A stretch of 64,000 nt of DNA from contig CP110440.1 of the NCBI GenBank assembly GCA_026914245.1, positions 2,852,001-2,916,000 on the forward strand, given 5' to 3'. Below are positions 13,167-26,433 of this stretch, piece by piece (position 1 is the stretch's first letter; each line of letters begins with the position of its first letter). The position numbers were made by a program, and so were the translations under genes. The notes below the pieces were generated by a model that was not told the DNA's origin, searched no databases, and worked only from the letters and a program-made list of their open reading frames with translations. Origin of the DNA: Puccinia triticina (Eukaryota).

Positions 13167-14115
13167 CATCCCCAGAATCATCATCTCTGACAGAGATCCC
13201 AAGTTCACATCTGAATTCTGGACTGGTTTAAATAGTATGCTAGGAACAAAACTATCCTTCTCCACTGCTTAGCACCCCCAGACTGATGGATTAGCTGAGA
13301 GAATGATTCAAACACTTGAAGATATGATCAGGAAGGTTTGTGCATATGGTCTAGAATTCAAAGACAATGATGGTTACACTCATGACTGGGTTTCACTTCT
13401 ACCAATCCTTGAGCTAGCCTACTGCACTAGTATACACTCAACCACTGGAAAACCTCCTGCTATTCTAGAAAAAGGCTGGATCCCAAACCTTCCCAGAAAC
13501 TTCTTGAAACAAGATTCTGTAGACATTCATCCTACTGCTCTTGCTTATGGAAAGATGTTTGAGAAAGCAAGAAAACATGCTGAGCAATGCATAACAGAAG
13601 CTACCTCTTACAACAAAGAGAGATGGGACAAGACTCATAAAGAACCATCCTTTAAAGTTGGTGATAAAGTCCTGATATCCACAGCAAACTTCAACAACTT
13701 GTCTGGCCCTAAGATGATGAGAGACTCCTTTAATGGACCATTCCTTGTGAAAGCTTTACATGAAAAGAATGCTGTAGAAGTGATCCTGACTGAAGAGTTT
13801 AGCAGGAAACATCCTACATTCCCTGTTGGCTTGGTGAAACCATACAGAGACCCCAATCCAGATGAGTCCCCCTTGAGACAAAAGGTTAAAGTTGTCATCC
13901 CCCCCATGGATAAGACCCCTTGGAGTAAAGTCATACAGAAGATTCTCAGAGACAAAATATTGAGATTGGAGAACAGAGATTTCATGATGTACTTAGCTAG
14001 GTACAAAGGCTTGAGTGCTGATCATGATGAATGGCTCCTTGAGAAGGACATTTCAGACTCTGCTATCCTTCTAAGGAAGTTCAGAAGTGAGAAGAGGTAT
14101 GCCCCTGTGGTTTAA
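13167..14115 (+). pseudogene. Ty3/gypsy (chromovirus) pol 3' end: integrase core, GPF motif, chromodomain
   Basis: [71 protein letters not shown]...DHDEWLLEKDI. Confidence 0.93.
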
Positions 14116-14152
14116 TTTCCTACAGAAATCCAACCTTTTTGGTGGTAGGGAA

Positions 14153-15000
14153 TGTCAGCCTTAGAGTCAACACAGCTGACCTAAAGTCTGCCTCTTTCCT
14201 ACTTATTACATATGAAATTACTTCATATCTTTTTCATCTTAAGAGATATCATTGTTTTGACTTCATGTTCTGTTTCCTCATGCAAGTTTAACCCTAGTTA
14301 CAACTTACCAATTCTTTGTAACTATACTCCTTCCCTGAGTTCTTGAGTTGTGGCGTGCATGCGCAGTTGTGACGTGTCAGCGCTACCAAGCGCGCCAAAC
14401 CACATGTACATATGTAATTACATAAGCAAACTGTGAAAATTTTTGAATTCAGGATCCCCCTTGCCTGAGGAGGATACACAGACTTCAGCACACCAGAAAC
14501 ACACCCCAGATAACCCAGGATCACCATAAAAGAGACCACCACGCTCTCAATATACCTACCGTCACAGGCGCCTAGGATATTGACAGTAGGTAGACTCTTT
14601 TCACTGAACCTTGCTTATCCAGAGTGAAACTCTGTTGCTCTCGATTGTTTCTTCTTTTCTTCAACTCTTTCAATCTTAAAAGATCAAAAGGTTATCTCTG
14701 GTTAAGACCTACAAAGCCAGAGCAGAGTAGTAACCCTACTTCTGAATCCCACCAACGTTTCCTTGTTGTGAGTGGAGGCTGTTGCACTCTTTCTTGGCCT
14801 TGCACAGCTGGCATCCAACTTTTCCAGGTTGAGAATATCCCAGATCAATTAATAAAGACTTAAAGTCTAGGCCTGATCTTCTCTTTCTCTCTCTTTCTCT
14901 TCCTCTTTTTTCAGTTTGTATTTCTTCATCCCAAGAAATCCAAACTATTCCCCCTCCTTTTCCTTGTGTCCTGCTGTCACATAAGAGACACAGGCTCACA
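14153..15000 (+). mobile_element. 3' LTR of the gypsy element (848 bp)
   Basis: Follows PPT GGTGGTAGGGAA (14141-14152); TGTCAGCC...GGCTCACA is a near-perfect terminal inverted repeat. Confidence 0.7.
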
Positions 15001-15930
15001 TTGGCCATCAAAGCCCTTAGATGGCTGAGTTGTAACAGACATTGAACAGGGTGTGTACTCCCTTTGATGGCCAGTACAACCTGGCCATCAAATGGATTTT
15101 GCCTCCGATGGCCAAGTTGTACTCACCATCAACTCCTCTTGATGGCGGGTACAACCTGGCCATGAATTTCACCCTGATGTATGGGCAAACATCAGGGTGA
15201 CAATTTTGAGCAGGATCTTAATGTGCCATTGATGGCCTACGTCACAAATAGGTCTGTAGGATGAAACCAGCAGGCAACTCCCCTTGATGGCCCGGTTTTA
15301 CTGTACATCAAAGGGAGGGTGTCTCCTCAATGGCAGGTAAAACCTGCCATCAAGAGAATTTTACACTCCCCCACTCCCTTTGATGGCAGAGTTTTACCAG
15401 CAAAAAGGGAGCATGTACTCCTTTTGATGGCTTCTGCAGCCCAGCAATTGAAGGAAGTGTTAACTCCCCACAATGGCTGGTACAGCGCAGAAAATTAATG
15501 AAGGCAGCCTCCCTTTGATAGCCGGGTTGCACCGGACATCAAAGGAAGTAGAAAATCTTTTTGATGAATGTTAAAACTTGGCCATTGAAGCCCTTTGATG
15601 GCTGAGTTTCAACGTCCATCAAAAAGGGTGTGTACTCCCTTCGATGGCCAGTGGAACCCGGCCATCAAAGGGAGTCTGCATCCAAATCAATGGCCAAGTT
15701 GTACTTACCATCAACTCCTCTTGATGGCGGGTACAACCTGGCCATGAATGTCACCCTGATGTTTGGGCAAACATCAGGGTGACAATGTTGCACAGGATCT
15801 TCATGTGACATTGCTGGCCTATGTCACAGGTGGACATGTAGTATGCAACTAGGGGGCGACTCCCTTTGATGGCTGGGCTGTACTGGCCATCAAAGGGGGC
15901 GTGTCTCCTCAGTGGACAGTACACCCCGGG
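15001..15930. repeat. Degenerate tandem array of ~41-45-bp hairpin units (TTGATGGCC...GGCCATCAA)
   Basis: Recurrent gatggc/gccatc dyads; internal ~200-bp duplication (~15050-15250 vs ~15625-15830). Confidence 0.75.
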
Positions 15931-16541
15931 TGCAATAGAACGTCTGGGGACGGGCTGATCCTCACGTCTCACGACAGGACCTCCCCCGCAACAACATACG
16001 GTCCAGTCACGGGCCCCGTGCCAGGCCCCACAACAGCTTCATGAAGCTGTCTCCCATTCCCTCACCCAATCTGCCGTCCAAACCCCATGTCACCAGACGG
16101 AAGCAGCCGACATCATTCGGCTGCTTGCATCATGTCCATCAAACGGGGTGCCAAAACAGAAGGCTGATACACAGTGGCTCATGAACCACACAGCCAAAGC
16201 ATTGCACGCCACATGTACGGCTCCCCACCACAACTACTGCGTGCAACCGTCCGCAGCAAGATGAAACTGGCAGTTATTGCCCGCTGGCTTGCGCTAGCGG
16301 GGCGCAATGTGCAACGCACAATGCCATAACCGTGAGAAATGTAAAGAGAGAGTCATTGTTGATTGCGCACACATCCAAGGCAGGAAAAAATCTTCCTGGA
16401 AAACACATTACAACAAAAAAACAATACACAAAAGGGAAGCTGCAAGCGTGGAAAGAAAGAGAAATGCAAGAGCTATGTACAGGAGGGGCAGAAATTTGGA
16501 AACCAGATACATGTGTACAAATGCATGTCCAGAGCAGAGGC

Positions 16542-18290
16542 TTAGTGGGTTGAGGCCTCAGCAGGCAGAGCAGCATTTTCTTCAGCAATAATGGCCATCT
16601 TGACCGCAACTCTGAGCTTGGTGGGTGGCCAAATGATGACCACATTGAGCTTAGAGAAAAATGTGTCTCCGTCAAAGGAGGTAGCATCGAGCTCCAGTAT
16701 GAGCTTGAAAAAACTGTAGTCATTTGTATTGCCTCATTTTCAATGTCTGCAGAAATAATACCAGCCCACTTACGTGCGCCTGTACAAACCTGACCTTCCC
16801 CAAAGGTCTTGCAGTGGCTCATTGATAAATGCCCACTGGCAATTGGCATCACCCGGCACGCAACGGCCGTAGTGTGAAATGGTTTGAATCCAGAGGTAGG
16901 CAATACAAGTCCTGATTCTACTATCAGCGTGGGCATCTGCCCCATTTGCGTCAGGCAACATGCAAGCCTGCAACTGTAAATTTAAGCCAACTGTTGGCAC
17001 TTGTCCCCCCTCGGAGCCAGGTCAATGGTCGCGACTTGCAGGAAGACTTACATCTATGATCAAGTTGGTTAAGGAGGGCACTGGGTGTGTTATTGGCTGA
17101 CCCTGGGGGCTGTGAACCATTCTAAGCAACTGGAAATTGCTGCAAGTCAGCCCCGGCCAATTGCTCCGTTCTACAGAAGATACAAATTCTGCACAGTGCC
17201 TCGCTTGTGTTTCAACTTGTCTTGCAACTCGGAGTTGACACTTGCCTCAGCTGCTGGGTCTCTTTCCAAAAATCCTGCCTGCAAATAATCAATCTTAAAA
17301 TTGTTGGTTTGAATCCGGACATGATCCTAAAATTTAGATACATAATCAGCCTGGCATTCCAAGAGCTACACAACAGCTTTGTTTCATACCATGGTTTGCT
17401 CAAGCAGACTGCGTCCGGCCGGTGGCCCCCCTTTGACTGGGTGGCACAAATAGACTTCCAAGTGAGGATCCATGAGTATTTCCTTTGCTCTGTTCTGCAC
17501 AAAAGTCTGTGGACAAAAATCATGATCTCCTCATCCCACAGCAGCTCAAATACACTCTAAAATGACGATTATATGAGAACAACCGCACCTGGACAGAGAA
17601 AGAGGCTGCTGTGGACATTGAACCCGCTGAATCTTGTAGGCAAATAAGCAAATCTACAGATTGTCTGACAGACAAAATCAATTACAATAAGACTGCATAT
17701 TTTTGGGGCTCAGGGATCTACCAGAATTCCTGACGGATAGTCAGTTGATCTCAAAATACTGATTAATTGCTATCCGATGTGGGTTGGGCAACCTGAATGA
17801 GCTCTTCTCCAAATTCTGTGTACGGCGCACGGAGATCACACGTGCGACCCATATCATCAACAAAATCATTGTTGAGATGAGCTTTGGCAATTTCAAATGG
17901 GACTATGGTAGGAGGCCAAGCTCAGCCAACACCCCCGCGTGGTCCCCCGTAGGCTCTGGTAGTACCACCGCGCTCAACGTAAGGGCTATCTTCTTGCCTT
18001 GAAGAACTCAGAAGTTGTTCTGCATGACTGAGTCAGTGTTGAAACCGCTAGTCAAACCCCAAGATTTGTGGATTCACCAGGTCTTGCAGGCCCGTTAGTA
18101 ACACCTTGACTTGCCAAAGCTGAACTGGCTTGTGACCCACGCAAAGGAGGGGCGTAGGGGGCACGCTGGGAGTTGTGGCGTTGCTGGTTAGAGTGGACTC
18201 GAGAACTTGGAGTTACATCCGGGCGCCAAGATTGCTGAAGCTGGCAACAAGACAATTGGTCTTCACGGTCTGACTGGCTGGATAATGTTC
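16542..18290 (-). pseudogene. Multi-exon hypothetical gene of a rust-type expanded family, decayed
   Basis: Minus-strand segments FVQNRAKEILMDPHLEVY, DYLQAGFLERDPAAEASVNSELQDKLKH, RIRTCIAYLWIQTISHY...QWAFINEPLQDLWGRSGLYRR and FFKLILELDATSFDGDTFF...STH*; GT-AG-like gaps and stops. Confidence 0.5.
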
Positions 18291-18929
18291 AAAGGGAAAG
18301 CTCAAGAAGGATTATGCACAAACCGTGGGGAGGTGAGAAGTTTAAGTTGGGCCAAACTTATTGGAAAAGGTAAAAAATGTTTGGCGTGCTGTGAAGGCAA
18401 ATATGCTACAAGTCTGCCACCCCTCCCACTGACCCCACCAGTTTATATGCTGGCTGCGTGATGATCACCACCGTTTAGCAACACCAAGGATGTGGGTGGG
18501 GTGGGTGGGACAGCTGTTTAACCCTTGGCATTGCGCAGACCCCATGATCAAGCCCATGTGCTTGGGCACTCCTTCAACTCACCCTAAGTTGTAAAACACT
18601 ACAACTTTTTCATCCTCAAGTTGGATGATTTGTATTTACATATTGGTTTGCCAGGCATGTGTTGTTTATTCCTTGCTAATCAGTAGCCACGCAGAAGCTC
18701 CAGCCGGGGTTTGGAGTGCATTGGCAATATTTGCAAAGATGTCACCATTTTTTTCAGTTATATTTTTTCATATTTTTCTGTTCTAATATAGCGGCACAAG
18801 GGAAAGTTATAAATGCGCCAGGAACGGAAATGAATTTACATGAGCTTCCATTTGTGGCAAATTAGACATACATAGCACAATCAGTGGTTGATGTCCCGTT
18901 GAAGCCACAGATTTTCATTTCTTTCCGAT

Positions 18930-19597
18930 TGTCAGCAGTCTGCTAGTAAAGACAGCGCAGACAGCAACGAGTTACAGGCTGCTGTGAGCAAGAGCGGCCC
19001 CCAACCAAGAAATTCATCCAAATAGCAAGCACACTCATGTAGCACCCTCGAGTGAGACAGCCAGACTCGGGTGTTGACTTTGAGTGAGTGAGGGAGCAAC
19101 ACCTGGGTATCTTCTAATAAGATTCCCAGGTGGATAGATCAAAGAGTACCAATGTGCATCGGACCACAGGTTAGCCCAACACAAGTGGGGTATAAGTACT
19201 AGGGATTGTTCCTACCAGGAACAACCCCCAGATCCGTTACCACACCCACCTTCATTGTTGTATTTGACTCTCAACGCCAACTTACAACGATTGAGGCTTT
19301 TCTGATCCACCTTTTCTTCTATCCAACTTCCTCCTTGACTCGCCGCGCTCAGACTTGGTAAGTCGGATCTTCTTCTTTTGTCTCTCTTGTCCTAGATAGG
19401 ACATCTCTACGAGTCCTTGAACTCAGGTTGTATCTGCTCAACCAGCCCCTTCCAAAGAAGGCGCGGCTTCCCTCCTTGCGCCTACACGGACAAGTTGAGC
19501 TCCAGCTAGATAGCTGTGACAGCTGAGATCAGCCAAACCTTAGTTATTCCTAAGGTTTATATTCACAACGGTGTCACTTTAGAGACCCGCCCTGACA
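18930..19597 (+). mobile_element. Solo LTR (668 bp)
   Basis: TGTCAG...CTGACA; TSD CCGAT / CCAAT (one CpG-type change); TATA-like GTATAAGT near 19190. Confidence 0.8.
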
Positions 19598-19669
19598 CCA
19601 ATGACAATTGACCCTTCCAGCGCCTTAGACTTACATAGTTGAATTTTCCCTCCCCACTTCAGCATAACA

Positions 19670-20619
19670 ATGGTGCGGCATTCAAGACCACGGGTGAAGC
19701 AAAAAATCAATCAGAGTAAGTATGCACGCTGTCTCATTGCACAAAATCAAGAACCAAAAAAATCCTTTCTTTAACATGATTTAAATCAGATATATTTTAC
19801 CAGCACCCCGGTGAGAAGGGAGATAAATGGTACTGTCACCTTTGCAGAGGAGAAGGACAAGTCTTGAAGGCAGCTAACCTGTGTAAACATGAGAAGACGC
19901 CGGCCCATCTGGCGGCAATACAAAATTGCAGGAAAAATACCCTACAACAAGAGATGGCAATCCCACCGAATTGGCAAGACAAAGAGATGGTCTGGACAGA
20001 AGCCCGCAAACAATCTTCTTCTCCAGATTATGAAGCATACGGCACAAGCAACAGTGGGTCGCTACTTTACAGTTATTGATATTGTAACGTTATCGTAGCA
20101 ATTTTTGGTCCCTTTACGCTAACTGGACCGGTAGCAATGGGGAAATGTGGTGCGATATCGATATCGCACCGGGCGGGTGTTTTTTTTTCAAGGCCGCTAC
20201 GATATCTATGGGCAGAGCAGCAGGTATTTATCAACATATTGAGCAAGAAAAGGCCATTTCAGGGCTGATTTGGCCTTTCACTGCTCAATAAAGTGTTGCT
20301 CTGCTTGATAAGGGCCAATTTGACCCTTAATTACTTAATAAAATGTTAATTTTCTCGATAACACGTTACTTTACTAGTAACGGCTGTACAAAAAAAGGCC
20401 AGTTACAATAACTGTGACGCGGCAATCCGCGCGCTAGCGTTAACAATAACTGTAAAAATGTTAGGCGCAGCTCGCTACTTTACTCTACAGCCCCGGTTAT
20501 CGTAGAGTAAGGTAGCGACCCACCGTTGGCACAAGTCATGACAACGACTTGCAAAGAGATCTGGCTTTTGTAGACAAGAATAGCGCATTTGGAGATTCTC
20601 TGTCAGATACGGACTCCCA
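19670..20619 (+). pseudogene. 5' part of a gene with an N-terminal C2H2-like zinc finger, possibly a transposase; interrupted
   Basis: ATG at 19670, GT-AG intron, then WYCHLCRGEGQVLKAANLCKHEKTPAH (C-x2-C...H-x5-H). Broken by the MITE at 20049 and the element at 20620. Confidence 0.5.
20049..20528. mobile_element. MITE (480 bp) with 7-bp TSD
   Basis: TIR CAACAGTGGGTCGCTAC...GTAGCGACCCACCGTTG; TSD GCACAAG (20042-20048 / 20529-20535). Confidence 0.9.
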
Positions 20620-21473
20620 CACTGTGAAAAAAACTTAAGAAAGTGCTGTCAGTTGACATGCAGCATACCTGAGTTCATTCCTAGTTGAGACAAGGCCCAT
20701 ACAAATGAATCTCAGGGTGGTACACCCTGGAAAGTTTGGAATTTCCTCAGCTTCAGTCCATAGTGCAAAATGCACTAGACTGAGGTACAGGAAGCTTGGT
20801 CTGAGGTGCACAGACTCAGTCCTGAGGTAAATGCTCAGCTGCCCCTGATTCATCCAAAGTCCCTCGCATTGGAGGTCATGGGTAGATGCTTGACCTCCCC
20901 ATCCCTCCAGGTCAACAAGAGTAAGCGCCCTTGTTGAAAAAGAGGAATCCCACCCGGTCAAAAGCTATATACAAAGACTTTGACCGGGAGGAATCCCTCC
21001 CAGTCAATAAGATTACCGGTAGAAGTTCCCGGCAGACTGCCATACACAGTAGTCCACCGGGAGGAGTCCCTCCCGGTCAACTGCCATACACAGCAGTTCA
21101 CCGGGAGGAGTCCCTCCGGGTCAAATGCCATATACAGCAGTTGACTGGGAGGAATCCCTCCCGGTTGACTGCCATATACAGCATTTGACTGGGAGGAATC
21201 CCTCTCGGTCAATAACATTACTGGGAGGAGTCCCTCCCGGTCAACTGCCATATCAAGCAGTTGACTGGGAGGAGTCCCTCCCGGTAAACTGCCATATTGA
21301 GCAGTTGACTGGGAGGAGTACCTCTTGGTTGACTGCCATACACAGCAGTCCACTGGGAGGAGTCCCTCCTGGTCAACTGCCATATCAAGCAGTCGACTGG
21401 GAGGAGTCCCTCCCGGTCAACTGCCATGTGAAGCAGTCAACTTGGAGGAGTCCCTCCTGGTCAACTGCCATAT
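20620..21473 (+). mobile_element. Left end of a CACTG-terminated non-autonomous element with a 44-bp hairpin tandem array (~20945-21473), truncated
   Basis: Starts CACTGTGAAAAAAAC; unit CAGCAGTTGACTGGGAGGAGTCCCTCCCGGTCAACTGCCATATA; cut by the CACTA end at 21474. Confidence 0.6.
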
Positions 21474-23972
21474 CACTACCAACATGGATGAATTTGCGAT
21501 GTTGTATATTAATCAGTACAGCGTATTTTGATCAAATTATATTGATTTTTTTTTATTCCTCTTGATACCTTTGTCTGTGTTCCATGTTGCCTTCATACTC
21601 TCCTATAACCTTGCAACTTCCCCCTGTGTCAGCTTCAAGCCACAGGAATCCTTTTTTTTTTTTCCCTGATAAAAGTCATGAATTTCTACATACACCATTT
21701 TGTTCTTCCTGAAAAAAAGACATTGCAAGTTTTAGGATTAATCCAGGGTGGCTGAGGGGTCTCAAAAATTGTGAATTGTTTTTTTTACTTCCACCATTGA
21801 TGTTATCAGAAGTCTCCAAATCTACTTTTTGTCAAAAAAGGGAAACCTTGACCCCTCACCTCTCACAATACCATCCTTCCTTGGTTGTTAATTTAGTGTG
21901 ACCTTAAATTTCCTGAAGATTTTGCATATCTTCCTTTGTATGCCACATGCATATAAGGCCTTTTGAAATTATTTTAACATGGTTGAGCATATTTTTGTCA
22001 GGGTCTTAACACCAAGGCCCCGTTTGGACGCATCATAAATGCAGGTGTTATATTGCACAAATCATCAAATAAAAAACTAACCGTTCAAAATGAGGCACCC
22101 AAATGTTGATTCAGGAAAGGTGATGAACTGATCTTCTGAATGTTTTCATCAGATTCAAGAAATTGTGCTATCTTCAGTGCCATAATAGCAATATTACACT
22201 CTCAACCATTATAAAGTGTAATATTGCCTTTATGTAGCCAAAGATGGTCAAATTATTTCACTCTGGAAAAAATGTTGAGAACACCAGTTGCTCACCTTGC
22301 CCTGAAAAATATTTGGGTAGCACAGTTTGAATAGTTTGTTTTTTATCTCATGATTTGTGCAATATAACACCTACATTTATGATGCGTCCAAACAGGGCCC
22401 AAGAAAATACCAAATTAGTGATATCTGGCAACCAATCACATTGTAGCTGCTATGTTTGGGGCTTTTGTGGTCATTCAATGTACACAATGAATCTTTAAGG
22501 GGATTTGATCATTTTGGTACCAATATCATGGAGGACTCCCATGCTGCGCTGAGATATAGTGGCAGAAACACCAAGAAATACCAGATTATGATATTTGGCA
22601 GCCAATCACATTGCGGCTGCTACATTTGGGGATGTTGTGGTCATTCAAGGTACTCAATGAATTTTTGCGGGCATCTGATTATTTTGGTATCAATATCATG
22701 GAAGAACTCCGACACTGCGCTGAGATGGAGTGGCAGAAACACCAAGAAATACCAAATTATGATATTTGGCAACCAATCACATTGTGGCTGCTACATTTGG
22801 GGGGTGTGTGGTCATTCAAGGTACACAATGAATCTTTGCAGGCATTCGATCATTTTGGTACCCATATCATGGAAGAACTGCAATGCTGCGCTGAGATATA
22901 GTGGCAGAAACACAAAGGAACTGTGAATTAGTGATACTTGGCAACTGATCACATTGTCCCTGCTACATTTGGGGGTTTTGTGGTCATTCAAGGTACACAA
23001 TGAATTTTTGAGGGAATTTGATTTTTTTGTTGCCAATATCATGGAAGAACTCCCACACTGCGCTGAGATGCAGTGGCAGAGCACCAAAAAACTACCAAAT
23101 TAGTGATATTTGGCAACTGATCACGTTGTGGCTGCTACATTTGGGGATTTTGTGGTCATTCAAGGTTCACAATAATTCTGTGAGGGCATTTTGCTACCAA
23201 TATCATGGAAGCACTCCCACACATTGCTGGGATATAGTGGCAGAAACACCAAGAAACTACCAAATTAGTGATATTTGGCAACTGATCACATTGTGGCTGC
23301 TAAATTTGGGGGTTTTGTGGTCATTAAAGGTACAAAATAATTCTGTGAGGGAATTTGATTATTTTGGTACCAATATCATGCAAGAACTCCCACACTGCGC
23401 TGAGTTATAGCAGCAGAAAAACCAAGAAACAACCAAATTAGTGATATTTGGCAACTGATTGCATTGTGGCTGCTACATTTGGGATTTTTGTGGTCATCCA
23501 AGGACCACAATGAATCTATAAGGGAATTTGATTATTTTGGTACCAATATCATGGAAGAACTCCCACACTGCGCTGAGATATACGGGCAGAACCACCAAGA
23601 AACTATGAATTAGTGATACATGGCAACTGATCACATTGTGGCTGCTGCATTTGGGGGTTTCGTGGTCATTCAAGGTACACAATTAATCTTTAAGGGCATT
23701 TCAACATTTTGGTACCAATATCATGGAAGAAATCCCATGCTGCGCTGAGATATAGTGGCAGAAACACCAAGAACCTACCAAATTAGTGATATTTGGCAAC
23801 TGATCACATTGTGGCTGCTGCATTTGGGGGTTTCGTGGTCATTCAAGGTACACAATGAATTTTTAAGGGCATTTCAACATTTTGGTACCAATATCATGGA
23901 AGAAATCCCATGCTGCGCTGAGATATAGTGGCAGAAACACCAAGAAACTACCAAATTATGATAAATGGCAAC
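21474..23972 (+). mobile_element. Truncated sister CACTA element: diverged left terminus plus 173-bp satellite (~22000-23972)
   Basis: CACTACCAACATGGATGAATTTG... matches the 28316 terminus CACTACAAACATGGATGAATTTG; followed by ~9 satellite units; no right end. Confidence 0.8.
22016..22399. mobile_element. PIF/Harbinger (Tourist-like) MITE, 384 bp
   Basis: TIR GGCCCCGTTTGGACGCATCATAAATG...CATTTATGATGCGTCCAAACAGGGCC; 3-bp TSD CAA; internally palindromic. Confidence 0.85.
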
Positions 23973-25253
23973 TGTCAGCTGGCTACTATAGCAAAGCCAC
24001 CGCAACATAAAAATAAAAAGTAGTATTACATATGAAAGAGATATTATTACACTCTTACACATGCAACACCATAAAATAAAAACATAAAAATAATTACCTA
24101 TGAAAGAGACATTATTACTGTCTCTTACATAAGTAAAAATCTGAATATTATTTTATATTCTTAATCTACGCCTAAATTAACCTAGGGTACCCCACTCACA
24201 GGTACCCTTAATTCTCACTGCTTCATTGTGTAATCACCCAATTAAGAATTTACAAGGTATCCTTGAATTGAGCAACCTTTATGCTTGTATACATATGTAC
24301 ATATGCTTATAACACTTCAATAGCCACAAAAATGAAGTGTTATGTTTAGTTTAGAAGATATCCCAACTCAGGTTGAGTTAACTCTAAACCCGCGGGCTGC
24401 GCGCTACACCTGAAGACGGCGCAGAGCTCTAAAAATGAATGAAACCCCAAAAGGGCTACCTGTACATTACAGCACGCCCACCAGGGAAGTAATGACATCA
24501 ATTCTGCCCCTCCAAGTGAAACACTACACACATTACATAAGCTTTACTTATGTAATGATGTCACATGGATGCAAACAGAGTATTCCTGACGCATTAAAAC
24601 AATTCAATACCTAATGCATACACAGTACAGACCAAACTGTGGCCCATTTGAATAAATATGAGACACGTAACAGCTCATCTGCCTGGATGAGGGAATCCTT
24701 AACTGTAGGCGCCCACAAATGGCCAGTACATATTCCCAAAGAAGAATTAGCCCTTGTAGCGTCAACAGCCTGGCCAAGAAGCGCCCACAAGTTGGCCAGT
24801 GGCCCTGTAGCTCCCCCAGGCACCCCAGGGAGCTGCCACAGGTATTTAAAGGGCCCTCTGGCCGCCCTAAATGGCCTTTCCTCACGCTTTTACATACCTA
24901 CTTGAATTTACCCGCCTACAACACGTGCTCAATAGCCCGTTTCTAGCCTGGTAAGTCCCATAGTAGTTGTTTTTAGCCTCATTTTGTCGCCAGAAACTGC
25001 CCAGTGTCCACCCAGCCTTCAGAATCAACCTCTTCAAGCGCTTTCAACTGCCCAGTTTCTATTCTGAAGAACCTCAAGACTTTAAGGGCTTTTTACTAGT
25101 AAGTTCAAAACCCTTCCTCTTGAGATTCTCCGCCATTCCTTGCTGGGATTTAAACCACACCTGTTTACAGGCCCCAGTGTTTGCTTTTGAGGGATTAAAC
25201 ACCCCCGATTTTATCAGGCCCCTCTTTCTTTAATTATATCAATTTTATTAATA
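23973..25253 (+). mobile_element. LTR-like sequence, 3' truncated
   Basis: Begins TGTCAGCTGG exactly where the satellite stops; AT-rich then TATA-like GTATTTAAAG at ~24842; no matching CA end or TSD found. Confidence 0.45.
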
Positions 25254-25283
25254 CTAGACTCTCAAGGCGGCTTCGCCGCCGCT
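25254..25283 (-). mobile_element. Helitron 3' terminus
   Basis: Minus strand ends CTAG|T, with hairpin GGCGGC-TTC-GCCGCC about 8 bp inside; same end motif as 38157 and 38373. The 5' end was not identified. Confidence 0.7.
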
Positions 25284-25591
25284 CGTGACAGACCAATTAC
25301 AATCTCAACATCAATTTCAACATAGCGGATTGAACTCAATTGAGTTGTTTTGCTGGAAGCACAAGATGCCAGGTGAAGATAGACGCTCTCGTATTATATT
25401 TAGTCACTTAATCTCAAGACCAATGCGCCAAATTTTTTGTAGATGTGTGAGCTGAATTTGAGACATGAGATGAAAAGTTCCGAATTATGAAAAGGGTCCC
25501 CTGATTTCCTGATTGATTGACACATAAACTTCACAGAAAAAATAATTCCAGGAGATCCCAACGAAAGTGTCATTTGTGCCAGTGTCTTTTA

Positions 25592-26433
25592 TCAAGCGCT
25601 CTGTAACTCTTTGTCTTGAAAGTTGAAATCTCTGCTGGTAACCTGATGCCAACCTACTTGTCACTATAAAACAGGCTATAATATGAAGTAGACTTGTCCT
25701 CACCTTCACCCTAATCATATCGAGTTCTTGATTCCAACCGGCCATTGTTCCACGGAATAATACTCGCGCCCTGGTTGAAATCAATTTGACCTCATCATCG
25801 GAAATAATCTTAGATGGGACAACGTAATTCACAAACATGCTTGAATCCTCCGTATTCTGTCCAATAGCCATGTTAATTTGCAAATTTTTAAGATCATCAC
25901 CCAAATTGCTCACATGTTTGTCAACTCCATCATGTCTGATGATTAAGGAGAAGGACCCTTGAGGCGTTAGGCTCGGTTTAGGGTAAAAAACCTTAACAAT
26001 CACACCTAGTGATTGAACTTGAGTTTCTTTGTCCGCGTGCGTAGACGGCAGTTTGCGGGTTTCGTTGATGTTGAACATTAGGAATGGCATTTCGTGCCTC
26101 TTTGCACCAACCAGAAAGCCCTCGATAGCGTATGTTTTCCCGTAAGTTAACCTGCGGGAGAAGTTGGCGCAATACATCAACCGAACACAGGTGTGGTCGT
26201 CGTCCGCCATCAATCCACCAGAAGCCTGGTACTTTCCACGAGTCATTAATTCCGCCTTTCATCCATTTGTCAGTGACTGGTAAACAGACTTGTCAAAGGC
26301 GTGTGAAAAAGTGTTTGTATTCTTGACGAATAATTTGAGTCATGCTTACTGTGTGTGAAATTGAAAAAACTGCAGTAAACTCAAACCAAGAACCGCATTC
26401 AATATTTGCTTCACAAAAAATGCGAGTCTTCAT
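25592..26433 (-). pseudogene. Four-exon gene for a beta-rich, OB-fold-like protein next to the Helitron end
   Basis: Introns 26277-26349, 25857-25913 and 25643-25703 give MKTRIFCE...LTYGKTYAIEGFLV...VQSLGVIVKV...FSLIIRH...FVNYVVP...VLFRGTMAGWN...IRVKVTSRDFNFQDKELQSA*. One premature TGA at 26259-26261. Confidence 0.6.

Noticed and set aside
16040..16240. KDZ transposase WGLxDGEGxER-like motif on the minus strand
   Set aside because: It requires several indels, and no other KDZ motifs were found in frame.
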